Source: an uncultured virus (IMG/VR IMGVR_UViG_3300025408_000065)
Taxonomy: Duplodnaviria > Heunggongvirae > Uroviricota > Caudoviricetes
Strand: one strand, 5' to 3'
Virus record (IMG/VR): IMGVR_UViG_3300025408_000065
Length of the DNA stretch: 64,000 nucleotides
Positions 1 through 10,261 of this stretch are shown piece by piece. Each line of letters opens with the position of its first letter. The first letter of the stretch is position 1. The translations under genes were made by a program, and so were the position numbers. The notes under the pieces were generated by a model that saw nothing but the letters and a program-made list of their open reading frames with translations, made no database searches and had not been told where the DNA came from.

Positions 1-1
1 C

Positions 2-36
2 AAAAGGCACTTTACCTTAATGGGTAGAGTGCCTTT
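2..36. terminator. Intrinsic terminator-like hairpin
   Basis: Inverted repeat AAGGCACTTTACC / GGTAGAGTGCCTT with A/T flanks. Confidence 0.6.
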
Positions 37-42
37 AAGTTG

Positions 43-115
43 ACCACTAGATTTTGGAAAGCGGTATTTAACCACCTAATTTTGGAAAGCTGAATACTTA
101 GCTTACCACCTAATT
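43..115. repeat. Three short direct repeats ACCAC(C)TA(G)ATT(TTGGAAAGC), possible recombinase arm sites
   Basis: Copies at 43-62, 71-90 and partial 105-115. Confidence 0.5.
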
Positions 116-164
116 ATTTAAAGGGCCACTATTTCAACGAATGGAGTTTTTTTAGTAGCTTTTA

Positions 165-195
165 CCGAAAAGATGACTCGAAGTTTATACATATA
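165..195. repeat. 31-bp direct repeat (other copy 3810-3840)
   Basis: CCGAAAAGATGACTCGAAGTTTATACATATA identical at both sites. Confidence 0.85.
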
Positions 196-261
196 TTTCA
201 TTTTATGATTGGCTTAACAAAGCCACAGAAATTGTCTTGACTTGACTTGTCAATAATTGAT

Positions 262-1491
262 TTAAAGTATCAGATCCCAAAGATCTGCATTTAATTGATA
301 AAGATTTGATTTTTTATGTTCTACAACCTTTAAAATTTTAAGTTCCGTTAAGTCATTTAATAGTCTTAGATAATACTGTTTACTAAATGAGTCATGAGAA
401 AAATCTTTATAGTCCTTCCAATCAAAAAAGCCTTCTCCTGTTATAGGTATCGCTAGTACATATTTCAAAGCAATCTCTAAAGCTCTAGTTAGAAGTAGTC
501 CTTTTCCTTTGAGTTTAGCTTTAATGCTATAGAAATTGATATAAATTTTCGAATATTTAAGCACGATATCTCCCATATACTCCAAAAAATACGTGATGTC
601 GTTTCCTGCATTCCTTGAATTCATTATGGCATTATAATAACCTTGCTTATGGATTCTGTTATTGATAGCTTCACTAACCAACAATAAACTCAATGATGGG
701 GCGTGTTTGAGATTATACCAAAATGATAACACTCTAGCCATACGACCATTGTAATCAAAATAGGGGTGCAGATAGACGAGATAATAATGAACAATATGAG
801 AGGCAATCAAATGTTCTTCATACGTTTTATCTGTGTTCATAAAGTCAATCAATTGTTTCATTAATGCTGGTAATAATTGCCAATCGACACCACGATCTAC
901 GACCGCATTGGCACCATCCACAATATTCACTTCATCATGACGATAAAGAGCATCTGGATTTAATTGTTCAGTATCCTTTAAACACTTCTTCGACAATATC
1001 TTATAGAGCTGAAAGATGTTTTCTTCGGTGATGTCATGTCTTTTTACAAACTCATAGCCTAAAAGCATATTTTTAACAATGATATCGTTTAGTTGATCTA
1101 AATCTTCATAATTTGCTTGATCAAGTTTTTCGATCTGTGCTCGTGTACTTCTGATACCTTCGATTCCCAAGCTCGACTCAATTTCTGAAAAAACGAATCC
1201 ATTAAGGATTTCAGAATTACGAAAATCGGAGAATTGATTCATCTCCGAGTTTCTAATAAGGTCTTGACTACCTTGAAAATGCATCACGATTTTTTCACTT
1301 TTCCAATATAATAAATGAGTGCCAGATGGACTTTCCAATGGCGTTTTTTGATACTCACCATCCCTGTATTTTTCCATAGATATTTCTTTTAAATCTTCTC
1401 TATTTAGGCCATACTTATAGATCAGCTCCGATTGGGTAGGATAATGATCTAATTTTTTACATATTTGCTTAAATTTCTCATAAACGCTCAT
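262..1491 (-). CDS. Fic family protein
   Basis: HPYFDYNGRMAR Fic motif; SSLGIEGI inhibitory-helix-like motif. Confidence 0.9.
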   Translation of the reverse strand: MSVYEKFKQICKKLDHYPTQSELIYKYGLNREDLKEISMEKYRDGEYQKTPLESPSGTHLLYWKSEKIVMHFQGSQDLIRNSEMNQFSDFRNSEILNGFVFSEIESSLGIEGIRSTRAQIEKLDQANYEDLDQLNDIIVKNMLLGYEFVKRHDITEENIFQLYKILSKKCLKDTEQLNPDALYRHDEVNIVDGANAVVDRGVDWQLLPALMKQLIDFMNTDKTYEEHLIASHIVHYYLVYLHPYFDYNGRMARVLSFWYNLKHAPSLSLLLVSEAINNRIHKQGYYNAIMNSRNAGNDITYFLEYMGDIVLKYSKIYINFYSIKAKLKGKGLLLTRALEIALKYVLAIPITGEGFFDWKDYKDFSHDSFSKQYYLRLLNDLTELKILKVVEHKKSNLYQLNADLWDLIL

Positions 1492-1509
1492 ACTAACACC
1501 TCAATTATA

Positions 1510-1586
1510 GTTTACAATGTTGTTTACATTAAGTCAATATTTATGTTTACAATACTGTTTACATATAATATCATAAATAGTTTACA
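1510..1586. promoter_or_regulatory. Five GTTTACA repeats upstream of the Fic gene (candidate operator)
   Basis: Copies at 1510, 1522, 1545, 1557, 1580. Confidence 0.5.
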
Positions 1587-1798
1587 ATAATTTAAAGGTG
1601 TTATTGTATCGTGATTTTAAGAATTGACATCGATCTATCCATGTCGATCAATATCAATCGTAAAATTGATAATACTCATCAATTTATTCATCATAAGAAA
1701 ATTGATTAAATCCGAATGTGGACTTAGTGATTTTAATACATATAGTTCAAAACATTTATATTCATTCAAATTATATCATTTAAGAGGTAGTCAAGTGG

Positions 1799-1840
1799 TC
1801 ATTTTAGTAAAAGCAATGATATAGACTCTACGTGCGTGGA
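1799..1840 (-). pseudogene. Orphan 3' end of RlmD/RumA-family methyltransferase gene (copy 1)
   Basis: Translates STHVESISLLLLK*, matching the C-terminal T-x-HVE motif of TrmA/RlmD enzymes. Confidence 0.75.
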
Positions 1841-1948
1841 GTTAATCTGATTGCTCGAAAATATGTCGGTTCGTGTATGTCGGAAACATATTTTTGAGCT
1901 GTTTTATGTTCCCCCATTCCAGACTTTTTCCTTTGTAAGAACATATTT
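1833..1948. repeat. att-like junction 1: TGCGTGGAGT core plus conserved arm
   Basis: Near-identical to 3911-4024, 18219-18332 and 20722-20836. Confidence 0.85.
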
Positions 1949-1973
1949 TGAGATGAAAATCCATAATTATCGA

Positions 1974-1995
1974 GTTCAAATCCCCTCGCCCCTGC
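1974..1995 (+). other. tRNA 3'-end relic (Trp-like)
   Basis: GTTCAAATCCCCTCGCCCCTGC resembles a T-arm plus the GCCCCTG acceptor strand; no 5' half. Confidence 0.4.
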
Positions 1996-2361
1996 TGTGT
2001 TGTCATCACGATGTTAATCATGATTATCACAAAAAATATAACGTTTTTCACTCTGAAGTTATACTGTAATTATTGTTTGTCAACTTAAAACTTACAGCTC
2101 TTAGTACTATCGACATACAAATGGGATATGTTCTTGACAAGATATTTGTTGAGTATAACTATTAGAAATTTTTACTTATAATGTCCAATTAAAGGTTTAG
2201 AACCAATGGATAAGAAATCTATTGAAATAAATTTATAAACTTGATAAATTGTATCTGTTCTGTCCCATAAATTCTTTAAAACTAAAATATTGTTTTGAGA
2301 CACTATTTTTGAATTGAAAATGGTGGTTTTTTTGATAATAAGTAATCCTTACATTGGCTTA

Positions 2362-3339
2362 CTAGTTATCAAGTCTTCTCCACAATTCGATATCAGAATC
2401 TCCAGTGTTTCTGTCGGAATTATAAGGAAAATCTTCAAATTTCAACTTTATTAATCTATCCTCATGAATATAGTGATAGTGAGACCTAAAAGGAAGAACA
2501 ACACAATGTTTAAGCTTCATTAATGGTGTAAGGTTACCATCTCGAATTAATGTTGATCCAATAACGCAACTGTGCAGCTTAGTCATTCCATTAATAAACG
2601 AGATATTTGGTAAGGGGCCATCAGCTTCTAAGTATAAGAATTTGAGTTTTTTCAATTGATTCAAGTATTCAAACGAATTGATTTTTCTTTGATATACAAT
2701 ACGTAATTTTGTCAAAGTACTGGCTAAAGATTGAATACCATCAATACTAATTAGTTTGGGATTATCCCAGAGGTACAAAACATTAATTTTCATTTGATTG
2801 GTTAAGAAATCCAAGTTTTTTATACCTGTGTGTGATATTTTGAGTGTATCTAGATTTATTAATTTGGAGATTGATTCCAATGTTGATTCCTCGATAGGAT
2901 TGTATCTACTAGAAATAATTAGTGATTTCAAACTGGTCAATTTATCAAGATTAACAATATTTGATGGCGTCCTTGTACTTAACCATTCGAGCTTCGGAAA
3001 ACGAGATATATCTATACTTTGGGATACATCAATGCTCAGAAGAACAAGCTCATTAAGAGTATAAAGTGATTCAACATTATATTTGTCTCCATAAATGATA
3101 AGGTACTTAATGAAATTCAAATTTTTCACTCTATCTAAGGTTGAAGACGTGAATGGAGCGTTATCAATAATTATTTTATCTATTCTATGATCTATAATAT
3201 ACTCAAGCTGTTTATCTGAAAAATCTTCATTAACATATAGTGCATCTCTAGGAGCACCAGAATACTGAAAAATATTGAGAAACAAAAATCCATCTTTACG
3301 GAGATATATATTATTTTCTGCTAATTGTATTAAGTTCAT
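2362..3339 (-). CDS. Leucine-rich repeat protein (possible immunity protein)
   Basis: Repeated LxxLxxLxL units (LTSLKSLII, LINLDTLKI, LKKLKFLYL). Confidence 0.8.
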   Translation of the reverse strand: MNLIQLAENNIYLRKDGFLFLNIFQYSGAPRDALYVNEDFSDKQLEYIIDHRIDKIIIDNAPFTSSTLDRVKNLNFIKYLIIYGDKYNVESLYTLNELVLLSIDVSQSIDISRFPKLEWLSTRTPSNIVNLDKLTSLKSLIISSRYNPIEESTLESISKLINLDTLKISHTGIKNLDFLTNQMKINVLYLWDNPKLISIDGIQSLASTLTKLRIVYQRKINSFEYLNQLKKLKFLYLEADGPLPNISFINGMTKLHSCVIGSTLIRDGNLTPLMKLKHCVVLPFRSHYHYIHEDRLIKLKFEDFPYNSDRNTGDSDIELWRRLDN

Positions 3340-3398
3340 TTAGGTCACATCCACTGAATTTGTGGTTCCTTTCTTTTATTGAAATTGATGAATTTCTT

Positions 3399-3569
3399 TC
3401 AAGAGTATAATTTATTATCATTAGATGCTACTGATTTTGGCAAATAACCCGCAGAAGCTTCTCCAATTGCTGAAATGATGAATCCACCAACAGAAACATT
3501 GTTAAGATTGCCATACATATAAGTATTTTGACCAAGATATGTTCCACCAGATGCAATAGTTCCCTCCAT
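3399..3569 (-). pseudogene. 56-aa Gly/Ala-rich ORF, possible remnant of a polymorphic toxin C-terminal region
   Basis: MEGTIASGGTYLGQNTYMYGNLNNVSVGGFIISAIGEASAGYL...; lies directly upstream of the LRR gene. Confidence 0.3.
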
Positions 3570-3804
3570 CGTTATATAAATCTTTAGAAATATTATAACA
3601 TTTATTTTGGGGAATGAAATTTTTGATAACAGATTCCTAGATATTCATAGCTAGGACTAAAATTTAAATCATCCCTTTTCGCCTTAGAAGTTCATGGTTT
3701 GCATTCCCAACTATTGAATCAATAAATAATTGTTTTTCTCGAATATAAAACAAAAGACCATTGAACTTCAATGATCCTTCTACAAAAGCAAATTATTCAA
3801 AAAA

Positions 3805-3840
3805 TGGTGCCGAAAAGATGACTCGAAGTTTATACATATA
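3805..3840 (-). other. tRNA 3'-end relic (Thr-like) within the 31-bp repeat
   Basis: Minus strand reads TTCGAGTCATCTTTTCGGCACCA followed by a T-run. Confidence 0.45.
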
Positions 3841-3910
3841 CTTTGTAGCATTTTTGGCTTTGTTAAGGTGTTTAAATTTTTCAGACGATTTCAGGTTTTG
3901 TCATTCAATC

Positions 3911-4024
3911 TGCGTGGAGTCTATCTGGTTGCTCGAAAATTTGTCGGTTCGTGTATGTCGGAAACATATTTTTAGCCATTTTATGTTCCCCAATTCCAGA
4001 CTTTTTCTGGTGTGGGAACATATT
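3911..4024. repeat. att-like junction 2 (core plus arm; rlmD tail degenerate)
   Basis: TGCGTGGAGT followed by the conserved GCTCGAAAAT...GGAAACATAT...TTCCAGACTTTTT arm. Confidence 0.85.
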
Positions 4025-4108
4025 ATATAATATATCTAACATTAATGATGAGAAACATATTCATTTGCTTACACTCATTTGATTTATACTTCGATGAATT
4101 TCTACTTT

Positions 4109-5344
4109 TTATTGAGGAAATTGAATTGTTATCTTGCTTCCATGTCCAACAACACTATCAATTTGTAAATTTGCTCCTAATCTTTGAACAATATCTTTTA
4201 CGAACTGTAAACCCAAACCACTACCTTTTTCGTTTAATTTCATTGCTTCTACTGAACGATAAGGTCCTTTTAAGATATTTAGTATTGTTTCATTGGTCAT
4301 TCCAATCCCTTCATCTTCAACAACCAATTTTCTGTTTTTATTATGAACAGAGATTGAGATATTTGATTGAGGATTCGAATAATAAAAAGCATTGAATAAT
4401 AGATGTTCAATTAAACGCTCTAGATCTTTATCAGAAATATTAATTGATAACCACTCTAGTTCGAGCGTTATAGTAATTTGTTTACTTTCAAATATTTCTT
4501 TGTACTTATTTGCATATCTGTTAATAAATAGAGAAACATCCTGAATATATGGTAGTTCAACATAGTCAAGTTCGATAAACTTAGGAATTAGGTTCATTAT
4601 TTTAACTGTTTCTACTTGAATGTCCAAAAATACTTCTTTAGTTGGATTAAGTTTTTCATTAACTAATGAATCAGCATATATTCGGATAACTGATAGGGGT
4701 GTTTTGATATCGTGCGCAATACTCTTGATATGAGACTCATAAACGGATCTTTGTTTTTCTCTTTGAATTTGACTATTCATTAGTTGAACGTGCAATTGCT
4801 TTATTTCTTTGTATGAGAAAACCGAACTTTCTGTCTCAATATGGTTTAAATCCAGCCTTAACTTAGTATTTTCATTCCTCAGAAACTTATATAAAATATA
4901 CATACCAAAAGCAAACAATATAATGGAGGTTAAATTTAATCCTATGAATCCATAAAGAATATCTTTACTTAATTTAGAAGACTCAAAGTTGACAGCGATA
5001 TATCCAAGAAGAATGTCATCATAATATACAGCTTCATAGTTTTGCAATTTCGCATCAAAATCATTAGAGAAAATGGTTTGCTCTGTAATGTTTTTGAAAT
5101 GAATTGTTACATCATTATTATGTGTATAGTGCTCCAAATATATGATTAAAGTTCCGAAGTTCTCTTCAGTAGATAGATGAGCAGTCATATTATATAGTGC
5201 ATCGTACTGTCTTGCAATTTCTTTTTGATATTGGTTATTTGAAAATAAATAAAAGGCAATATTCAAGATAAAAATGGTTGATAAAAAAATGATGAGAACG
5301 GATTTAAAGATTTGTGAAACAAGGAGGTTCTTTATACTATTCAT
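4109..5344 (-). CDS. Sensor histidine kinase
   Basis: H-box AHDIKTPL, N-box, DEGIG and GSGLGL motifs, two TM segments. Confidence 0.95.
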   Translation of the reverse strand: MNSIKNLLVSQIFKSVLIIFLSTIFILNIAFYLFSNNQYQKEIARQYDALYNMTAHLSTEENFGTLIIYLEHYTHNNDVTIHFKNITEQTIFSNDFDAKLQNYEAVYYDDILLGYIAVNFESSKLSKDILYGFIGLNLTSIILFAFGMYILYKFLRNENTKLRLDLNHIETESSVFSYKEIKQLHVQLMNSQIQREKQRSVYESHIKSIAHDIKTPLSVIRIYADSLVNEKLNPTKEVFLDIQVETVKIMNLIPKFIELDYVELPYIQDVSLFINRYANKYKEIFESKQITITLELEWLSINISDKDLERLIEHLLFNAFYYSNPQSNISISVHNKNRKLVVEDEGIGMTNETILNILKGPYRSVEAMKLNEKGSGLGLQFVKDIVQRLGANLQIDSVVGHGSKITIQFPQ

Positions 5345-6017
5345 CCTTTACCCCCACAAACTGATATCCAATACCATAATGCGTTTTTATATATGATAGT
5401 TCGGAAGTGAGATCTATTTTTTTTCTAATGTTTTTTATGAAAACGTCAATTACACGGTCATAAGCATCACTATCCAAAAAACATTGTTCGATAATCATGT
5501 CTCTAGAAAAGACAACGTTAGGATGTGAAAGCAAATGCCATAAGACATCATACTCATACTGTGTTAAATTGATTAATTGATTGTTCACTAAGACCTCTCT
5601 GCTTAATGGTAGAACTTTTAGATGTGAATGATTAAATGTGTAGAAGATTGGATGATTAACAACAAGTCTTTTTTCTACATTTTTGAGTTTAGCCATCACC
5701 TCCTCAATTGAAAAAGGTTTAATCATGTAATCATCAGCTCCAAGTGTGATGACATCGACACGATCTTTGATATCAATTTTTGCTGATAATACAACAATAT
5801 AAACATCTGACACTTTGCGTATTTGTTTGATTAGTTCTTCTCCTTGTATTCCAGGAAGCATTAAATCTAAGAGAATAATATCAAACTTTTCATGATGAAC
5901 TGCTGCAAGTGCTTCCTCACCGTTATATACTTGTTTGACTTCATGTCCATCATTACGCGCATACATCGCTAATAACTGATTGATCTTCGGATAATCTTCA
6001 ACAATTAATGTTTTCAT
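5337..6017 (-). CDS. OmpR-family response regulator
   Basis: Receiver motifs LLDLMLP and GADDYMIKPF; winged-helix tail GIGY. Confidence 0.95.
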   Translation of the reverse strand: MKTLIVEDYPKINQLLAMYARNDGHEVKQVYNGEEALAAVHHEKFDIILLDLMLPGIQGEELIKQIRKVSDVYIVVLSAKIDIKDRVDVITLGADDYMIKPFSIEEVMAKLKNVEKRLVVNHPIFYTFNHSHLKVLPLSREVLVNNQLINLTQYEYDVLWHLLSHPNVVFSRDMIIEQCFLDSDAYDRVIDVFIKNIRKKIDLTSELSYIKTHYGIGYQFVGVKDE

Positions 6018-6094
6018 TCAAATCACTTCCTATGTGAATATTATACAACAACAACAAAAATATGGGTGAGTATGTTTACCCACCCACAACTTCT

Positions 6095-6706
6095 TTATTC
6101 ATTCGGCTGAACCAGATTTGATAGTTGATTAACTAAATTTGTCTTAATTTCATTTATGCTTTCAACTAGTTCTTGAACTGATAGATTTGACAAATCCAAA
6201 TTCATAATAGCTTCCGCAAATGATAAGTCCAAACTATCTCTTTGGGCATCACTCGAATGAATATACAACCATTCATAAGTACTAGCATTATTCTGGTAAC
6301 CACAATTTGCATATGGATCATTTCCACCATACCCCATCATGTTACCGCCCATCATGCCAAATCGTTGGGTAGAATACTCAATCTGAACATCATCTATGAT
6401 ATCCGATTTAATCAACTCAATGATTTCAACAACCTCTACAACAGTTTTTTGTTGAATATCTGTGGTTATTAACTCATTAGCAAAACCAGAATCTAATTTT
6501 TCTTGATTATCAGTAGATAGATGAAGATATATTCTTTCAAAACTATAAAGACTGTAATTTGATCCCATCATGCCATGTTGGCTTAAATTTAACACAAGAA
6601 TATCATTACCATTATCGCGTGAATATGCATTTACAGCCCCCATTGATAACATGCCTAAAAATGCAACTATGATGGTTAGTCCGAAAGCAATCAAACCTTT
6701 TCTCAT
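6095..6706 (-). CDS. Exported protein with Met/Gly-rich motifs and an internal repeat
   Basis: Signal peptide; HGMMG and GMMGGNMMG; duplicated FER/YEW-x-YxH..D unit. Confidence 0.7.
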   Translation of the reverse strand: MRKGLIAFGLTIIVAFLGMLSMGAVNAYSRDNGNDILVLNLSQHGMMGSNYSLYSFERIYLHLSTDNQEKLDSGFANELITTDIQQKTVVEVVEIIELIKSDIIDDVQIEYSTQRFGMMGGNMMGYGGNDPYANCGYQNNASTYEWLYIHSSDAQRDSLDLSFAEAIMNLDLSNLSVQELVESINEIKTNLVNQLSNLVQPNE

Positions 6707-6707
6707 A

Positions 6708-7037
6708 TTATTTATCCCTCAATTTCTCTATTAATTTTTCATATTCATCAATAGTTATCTCACCTTTTGCAAGGCGCGACTTTAACAACTCAATTGCTCG
6801 ATCATTTCTGCATTCACTGCGGTAACTAAAACCATTTATAGCAAAGTAAATCACACCAATCCAAAATATACCCATTGCTAACATTCCGAACGGCATACCC
6901 CAACCTCCCACCATATGACCATAGTACGGATAATCACTATTATTTGCCCATTGTGGTGAAAAATACCAAAAAACGATAGCAACGATAACCAATAATCCTA
7001 TAAAAATCCCTAAAAAGATACCTTGTTTTTTATTCAT
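6708..7037 (-). CDS. SHOCT-domain membrane protein
   Basis: C-terminal AIELLKSRLAKGEITIDEYE; start moved to MNKKQG after GAGGTG. Confidence 0.85.
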   Translation of the reverse strand: MNKKQGIFLGIFIGLLVIVAIVFWYFSPQWANNSDYPYYGHMVGGWGMPFGMLAMGIFWIGVIYFAINGFSYRSECRNDRAIELLKSRLAKGEITIDEYEKLIEKLRDK

Positions 7038-7120
7038 CTTACTCACCTCGACTATATAATACCAAACAATTATGAATACAAAATGAATGTGAAGAATATT
7101 ATTGCATTTTGACACTATCA

Positions 7121-7158
7121 TGATATAATGTACTTGTATACCCCTCCCGTGGTGGGGT
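7121..7158 (+). promoter_or_regulatory. Extended -10 promoter and CsoR operator
   Basis: TGnTATAAT at 7121-7129; TACCCCTCCCGTGGTGGGGT at 7139-7158, identical to 13901-13920. Confidence 0.8.
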
Positions 7159-7172
7159 TAAAGGAGGAAACT

Positions 7173-7463
7173 ATGAATCAGTTGCATCAACACAACACAA
7201 GACATTTGAATGAGGAAAAAATTAAACAGTTATTAAAAACCGGGCGAGGTCAAGTGGAAGGCATACTAAAAATGTATGAAGAAGGAAGATACTGTGTAGA
7301 TATCTCAAAACAGATACTATCAGTTATTGCTATGCTTCAAAATGCTAATGCATTAATATTAAACGATCATATTAGTACATGCGTTACAGAAGCTATTTTC
7401 GAACAAAAAGGTAAAGAAAAAATTGATGAAATCACTGAAATTTTAGTGAAATACTTGAGATGA
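7173..7463 (+). CDS. csoR: Copper-sensing repressor CsoR
   Basis: GQVEGILKM..RYCVDISKQI..HISTCV (C-H-C ligands); RBS AAGGAGG. Confidence 0.9.
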   Translation: MNQLHQHNTRHLNEEKIKQLLKTGRGQVEGILKMYEEGRYCVDISKQILSVIAMLQNANALILNDHISTCVTEAIFEQKGKEKIDEITEILVKYLR

Positions 7464-8029
7464 GGTCTATGATGAAAAAGAAATTACTAATCAGTTTTTC
7501 CATATTTATAGCATTTATTGGAGTTATTGCTTTTGTAGCCGCAAATTCACCAAATCGAAACGATTTCTTGGCAAAATATGATTTAGAGGGTATGACGGTA
7601 AAAGAAATAGTAGCCTATTTAGAGAATGATTTGAATGAACCCACAAATTTTAGTGCTGCAATAACAGGATCCAAATTGCTTCTAGGTGATTCTCAACAGC
7701 AAGTGGAACTAGAACTACCCAATGGACAATTTTATCTCTCATTTGCGCCTTATGTCAATCAAACACATCCTTGTGCTAATCATAATTTAGTCACCTGTCG
7801 AGGAGAGTTAAAAAACAAATCGTTTGAGGTAAAGATTGTTGATTCTCAAACAAATACTGTCATCATTGAAAGAACGATTATAAGCAGTTCAAATGGATTT
7901 GCTGGTATTTGGTTACCTGAAAATAAACGTTTTCAAGTCACCGTATCATATGGGAATTTAACTGCAACTGAGGAAGTTTCAACTTTTACTAGTTCAAATA
8001 CGTGTCTTACAACACTTAAACTAACTTAA
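7460..8029 (+). CDS. cueP: CueP-family exported copper-binding protein
   Basis: FYLSFAPY..THPC..H....C.GEL and C-terminal TCLTTLKL. Confidence 0.85.
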   Translation: MRSMMKKKLLISFSIFIAFIGVIAFVAANSPNRNDFLAKYDLEGMTVKEIVAYLENDLNEPTNFSAAITGSKLLLGDSQQQVELELPNGQFYLSFAPYVNQTHPCANHNLVTCRGELKNKSFEVKIVDSQTNTVIIERTIISSSNGFAGIWLPENKRFQVTVSYGNLTATEEVSTFTSSNTCLTTLKLT

Positions 8030-8040
8030 AGGAGGAAATT

Positions 8041-10167
8041 ATGGACAAGCATGAACACAATCATCATCATCACAAAGTAGATAAGGATGAGCATATCGAT
8101 CACAACAAAGTAGGCATGAATCATGAAACACAAGATGCACATAATCACCACCATGAAGAAATTCATCATCACCATCACGAAGATAGTCAAAAGCATACTG
8201 AACATCAAAATCATGATAATCACCACGACCATCATGCTATGATGGTTAAAGATTTTAAAAGAAGATTTTTAATTTCACTTATATTATTAATTCCAATTTT
8301 AACGCTATCACCTATGATTCAAGAATTCCTTGATTTAAATCTAAGATTTACTGGAGACTTATACATTCTTTTGATACTCAGTACAGTGTTATTTATTTAT
8401 GGAGGATCCCCATTTTTCAAGGGTACATTTGAAGAAATGAAACAGAAAGCACCAGCCATGATGTCTCTCATTGGCCTTGCTATTGGTGTTGCATATATCT
8501 ATAGTGCTTATACAGTCATATTTCAAACTGGACAAGACTTCTTCTGGGAATTATCAACGCTGATATCCATCATGCTACTCGGTCATTGGATTGAGATGAA
8601 GTCGGTATTAGGTGCATCAAGAGCGTTGGAAGAGCTGTTAAAACTGATGCCAGAAGAGGCACACCTAATAGACCAAGAAGGGCATATTAAAGATATTCCA
8701 GTCAATAACGTTAAAGTTGGTATGTTTCTATTAGTGAGACCTGGAGAAAAAGTTCCGATTGATGGTAAAGTGATCGAGGGAAAGTCATCAGTCAATGAAT
8801 CCATGTTAACTGGTGAGTCAGTTCCTGTAGATAAATCACCTGGCGACGAATTAATAGGTGGTTCAATTAACGCTGAAGGTTCACTAAAGTATGAGGTGAC
8901 TCGTATAGGTGATGAAACATTCCTCTCACAAGTCATTAAACTCGTCAGGGATGCTCAAAAGACACGTTCAAAAACTCAAAGAATAGCAGATATTGCGGCA
9001 AAATACTTATTCTATGTTGCATTACTTGGTGGAATATCTACATTTGTTATATGGATGTTACTGGGTAAAGATGTTGGATTTGCTATGGAAAGAGCAGTTA
9101 CTGTTGTCATCATTTCATGCCCTCATGCACTTGGATTAGCTACACCACTCGTTACTGCTGTTTCATCAAGCATTGGTGCAAAGCATGGGTTACTCATTCG
9201 AAATCGAGCCAATTTCGAGAATGCACGCAAGATCAACACAGTTGTATTTGATAAAACAGGCACACTAACTAAAGGTGAATTTGGCATCTCAAAAATTGAT
9301 AGCCTTAGTTTGAGTGAAAACGAGCTTCTATCATTAGCTTATGCGATTGAGAATGAATCCGAGCATCCTATAGCAAAAGCAATCGTTAGAGCAGCTAAAG
9401 ATAAAAAAGTACAACTTCAAAAGGCTAAAGATATCACAGCAATTCCTGGTAAAGGACTTGTTGGTATAGTACAACAATCAACCATTGAAATCGTAAGCCC
9501 AGGCTATATAAAAGAATTGAAAATACCATTTGATATCAGCGCATATGAAACCTTAGCGAACCAAGGTAACACTGTTGTTTTTATCCTTAAGAACAAAAAA
9601 CTAATGGGCTATATCGCTTTAAATGACATAATTAGAGAATCCTCGAAGGAAGCGATTGTATCGCTTAGAGAAATGGGTATTGACTCATACATGCTTACAG
9701 GCGATAATCAAAAAGTTGCAAATGAAGTCGCTAAGCAAATTGGAATATCGCATGTATTTGCAGAGGTTTTACCTGATCAAAAATCAGATAAGATTGAATC
9801 ACTTACAAAAGAAGGGCGTCTTGTAGCAATGACTGGTGATGGCATCAATGATGCACCAGCACTAGCTAAAGCACACCTTGGTATTGCAATTGGTGCAGGT
9901 ACAGATGTAGCGATTGAAACTGCAGATGTCATACTCGTTAAGAGTAACCCAATGGACGTCGTAAATATCATAAAGCTTTCTAAGTCAACCTATAAAAAAA
10001 TGATTCAAAACCTCATATGGGCAACAGGATATAATATTATAGCTATTCCTTTAGCTGCTGGTGTATTAAGTTCTATTGGTATTCTATTGAGTCCTGCAGT
10101 TGGAGCAGTATTAATGTCACTAAGTACAGTCATTGTAGCTATTAACGCTCGATTGCTAAAAATCTAA
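8041..10167 (+). CDS. copB: P1B-3 heavy-metal ATPase with His-rich N-terminus
   Basis: His-rich N-terminus, TGES, CPH, DKTGTLT, SEHP, GDGINDAP. Confidence 0.92.
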   Translation: MDKHEHNHHHHKVDKDEHIDHNKVGMNHETQDAHNHHHEEIHHHHHEDSQKHTEHQNHDNHHDHHAMMVKDFKRRFLISLILLIPILTLSPMIQEFLDLNLRFTGDLYILLILSTVLFIYGGSPFFKGTFEEMKQKAPAMMSLIGLAIGVAYIYSAYTVIFQTGQDFFWELSTLISIMLLGHWIEMKSVLGASRALEELLKLMPEEAHLIDQEGHIKDIPVNNVKVGMFLLVRPGEKVPIDGKVIEGKSSVNESMLTGESVPVDKSPGDELIGGSINAEGSLKYEVTRIGDETFLSQVIKLVRDAQKTRSKTQRIADIAAKYLFYVALLGGISTFVIWMLLGKDVGFAMERAVTVVIISCPHALGLATPLVTAVSSSIGAKHGLLIRNRANFENARKINTVVFDKTGTLTKGEFGISKIDSLSLSENELLSLAYAIENESEHPIAKAIVRAAKDKKVQLQKAKDITAIPGKGLVGIVQQSTIEIVSPGYIKELKIPFDISAYETLANQGNTVVFILKNKKLMGYIALNDIIRESSKEAIVSLREMGIDSYMLTGDNQKVANEVAKQIGISHVFAEVLPDQKSDKIESLTKEGRLVAMTGDGINDAPALAKAHLGIAIGAGTDVAIETADVILVKSNPMDVVNIIKLSKSTYKKMIQNLIWATGYNIIAIPLAAGVLSSIGILLSPAVGAVLMSLSTVIVAINARLLKI

Positions 10168-10178
10168 ATTTATTACAC

Positions 10179-10249
10179 AAAAGCGAGTTGACTAAACTCG
10201 CTTTTCTCTATATAAAAATGCCAGAGAATAATTTTGATCTCTGGCATTT
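10179..10249. terminator. Two hairpins between convergent copB and lgt
   Basis: AAAAGCGAGTT/AACTCGCTTTT and AATGCCAGAGA/TCTCTGGCATT. Confidence 0.8.
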
Positions 10250-10261
10250 CGTTATTGATTG

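Noticed and set aside
1624..2069. ORFs 1624-1824, 1842-2051, 1851-2069 (also 3761-4030, 20762-21007)
   Set aside because: They overlap att arms; their mutual similarity reflects the non-coding repeat.
1974..3827. Functional tRNA genes
   Set aside because: Only 3' fragments are present; no D-arm or anticodon arm.
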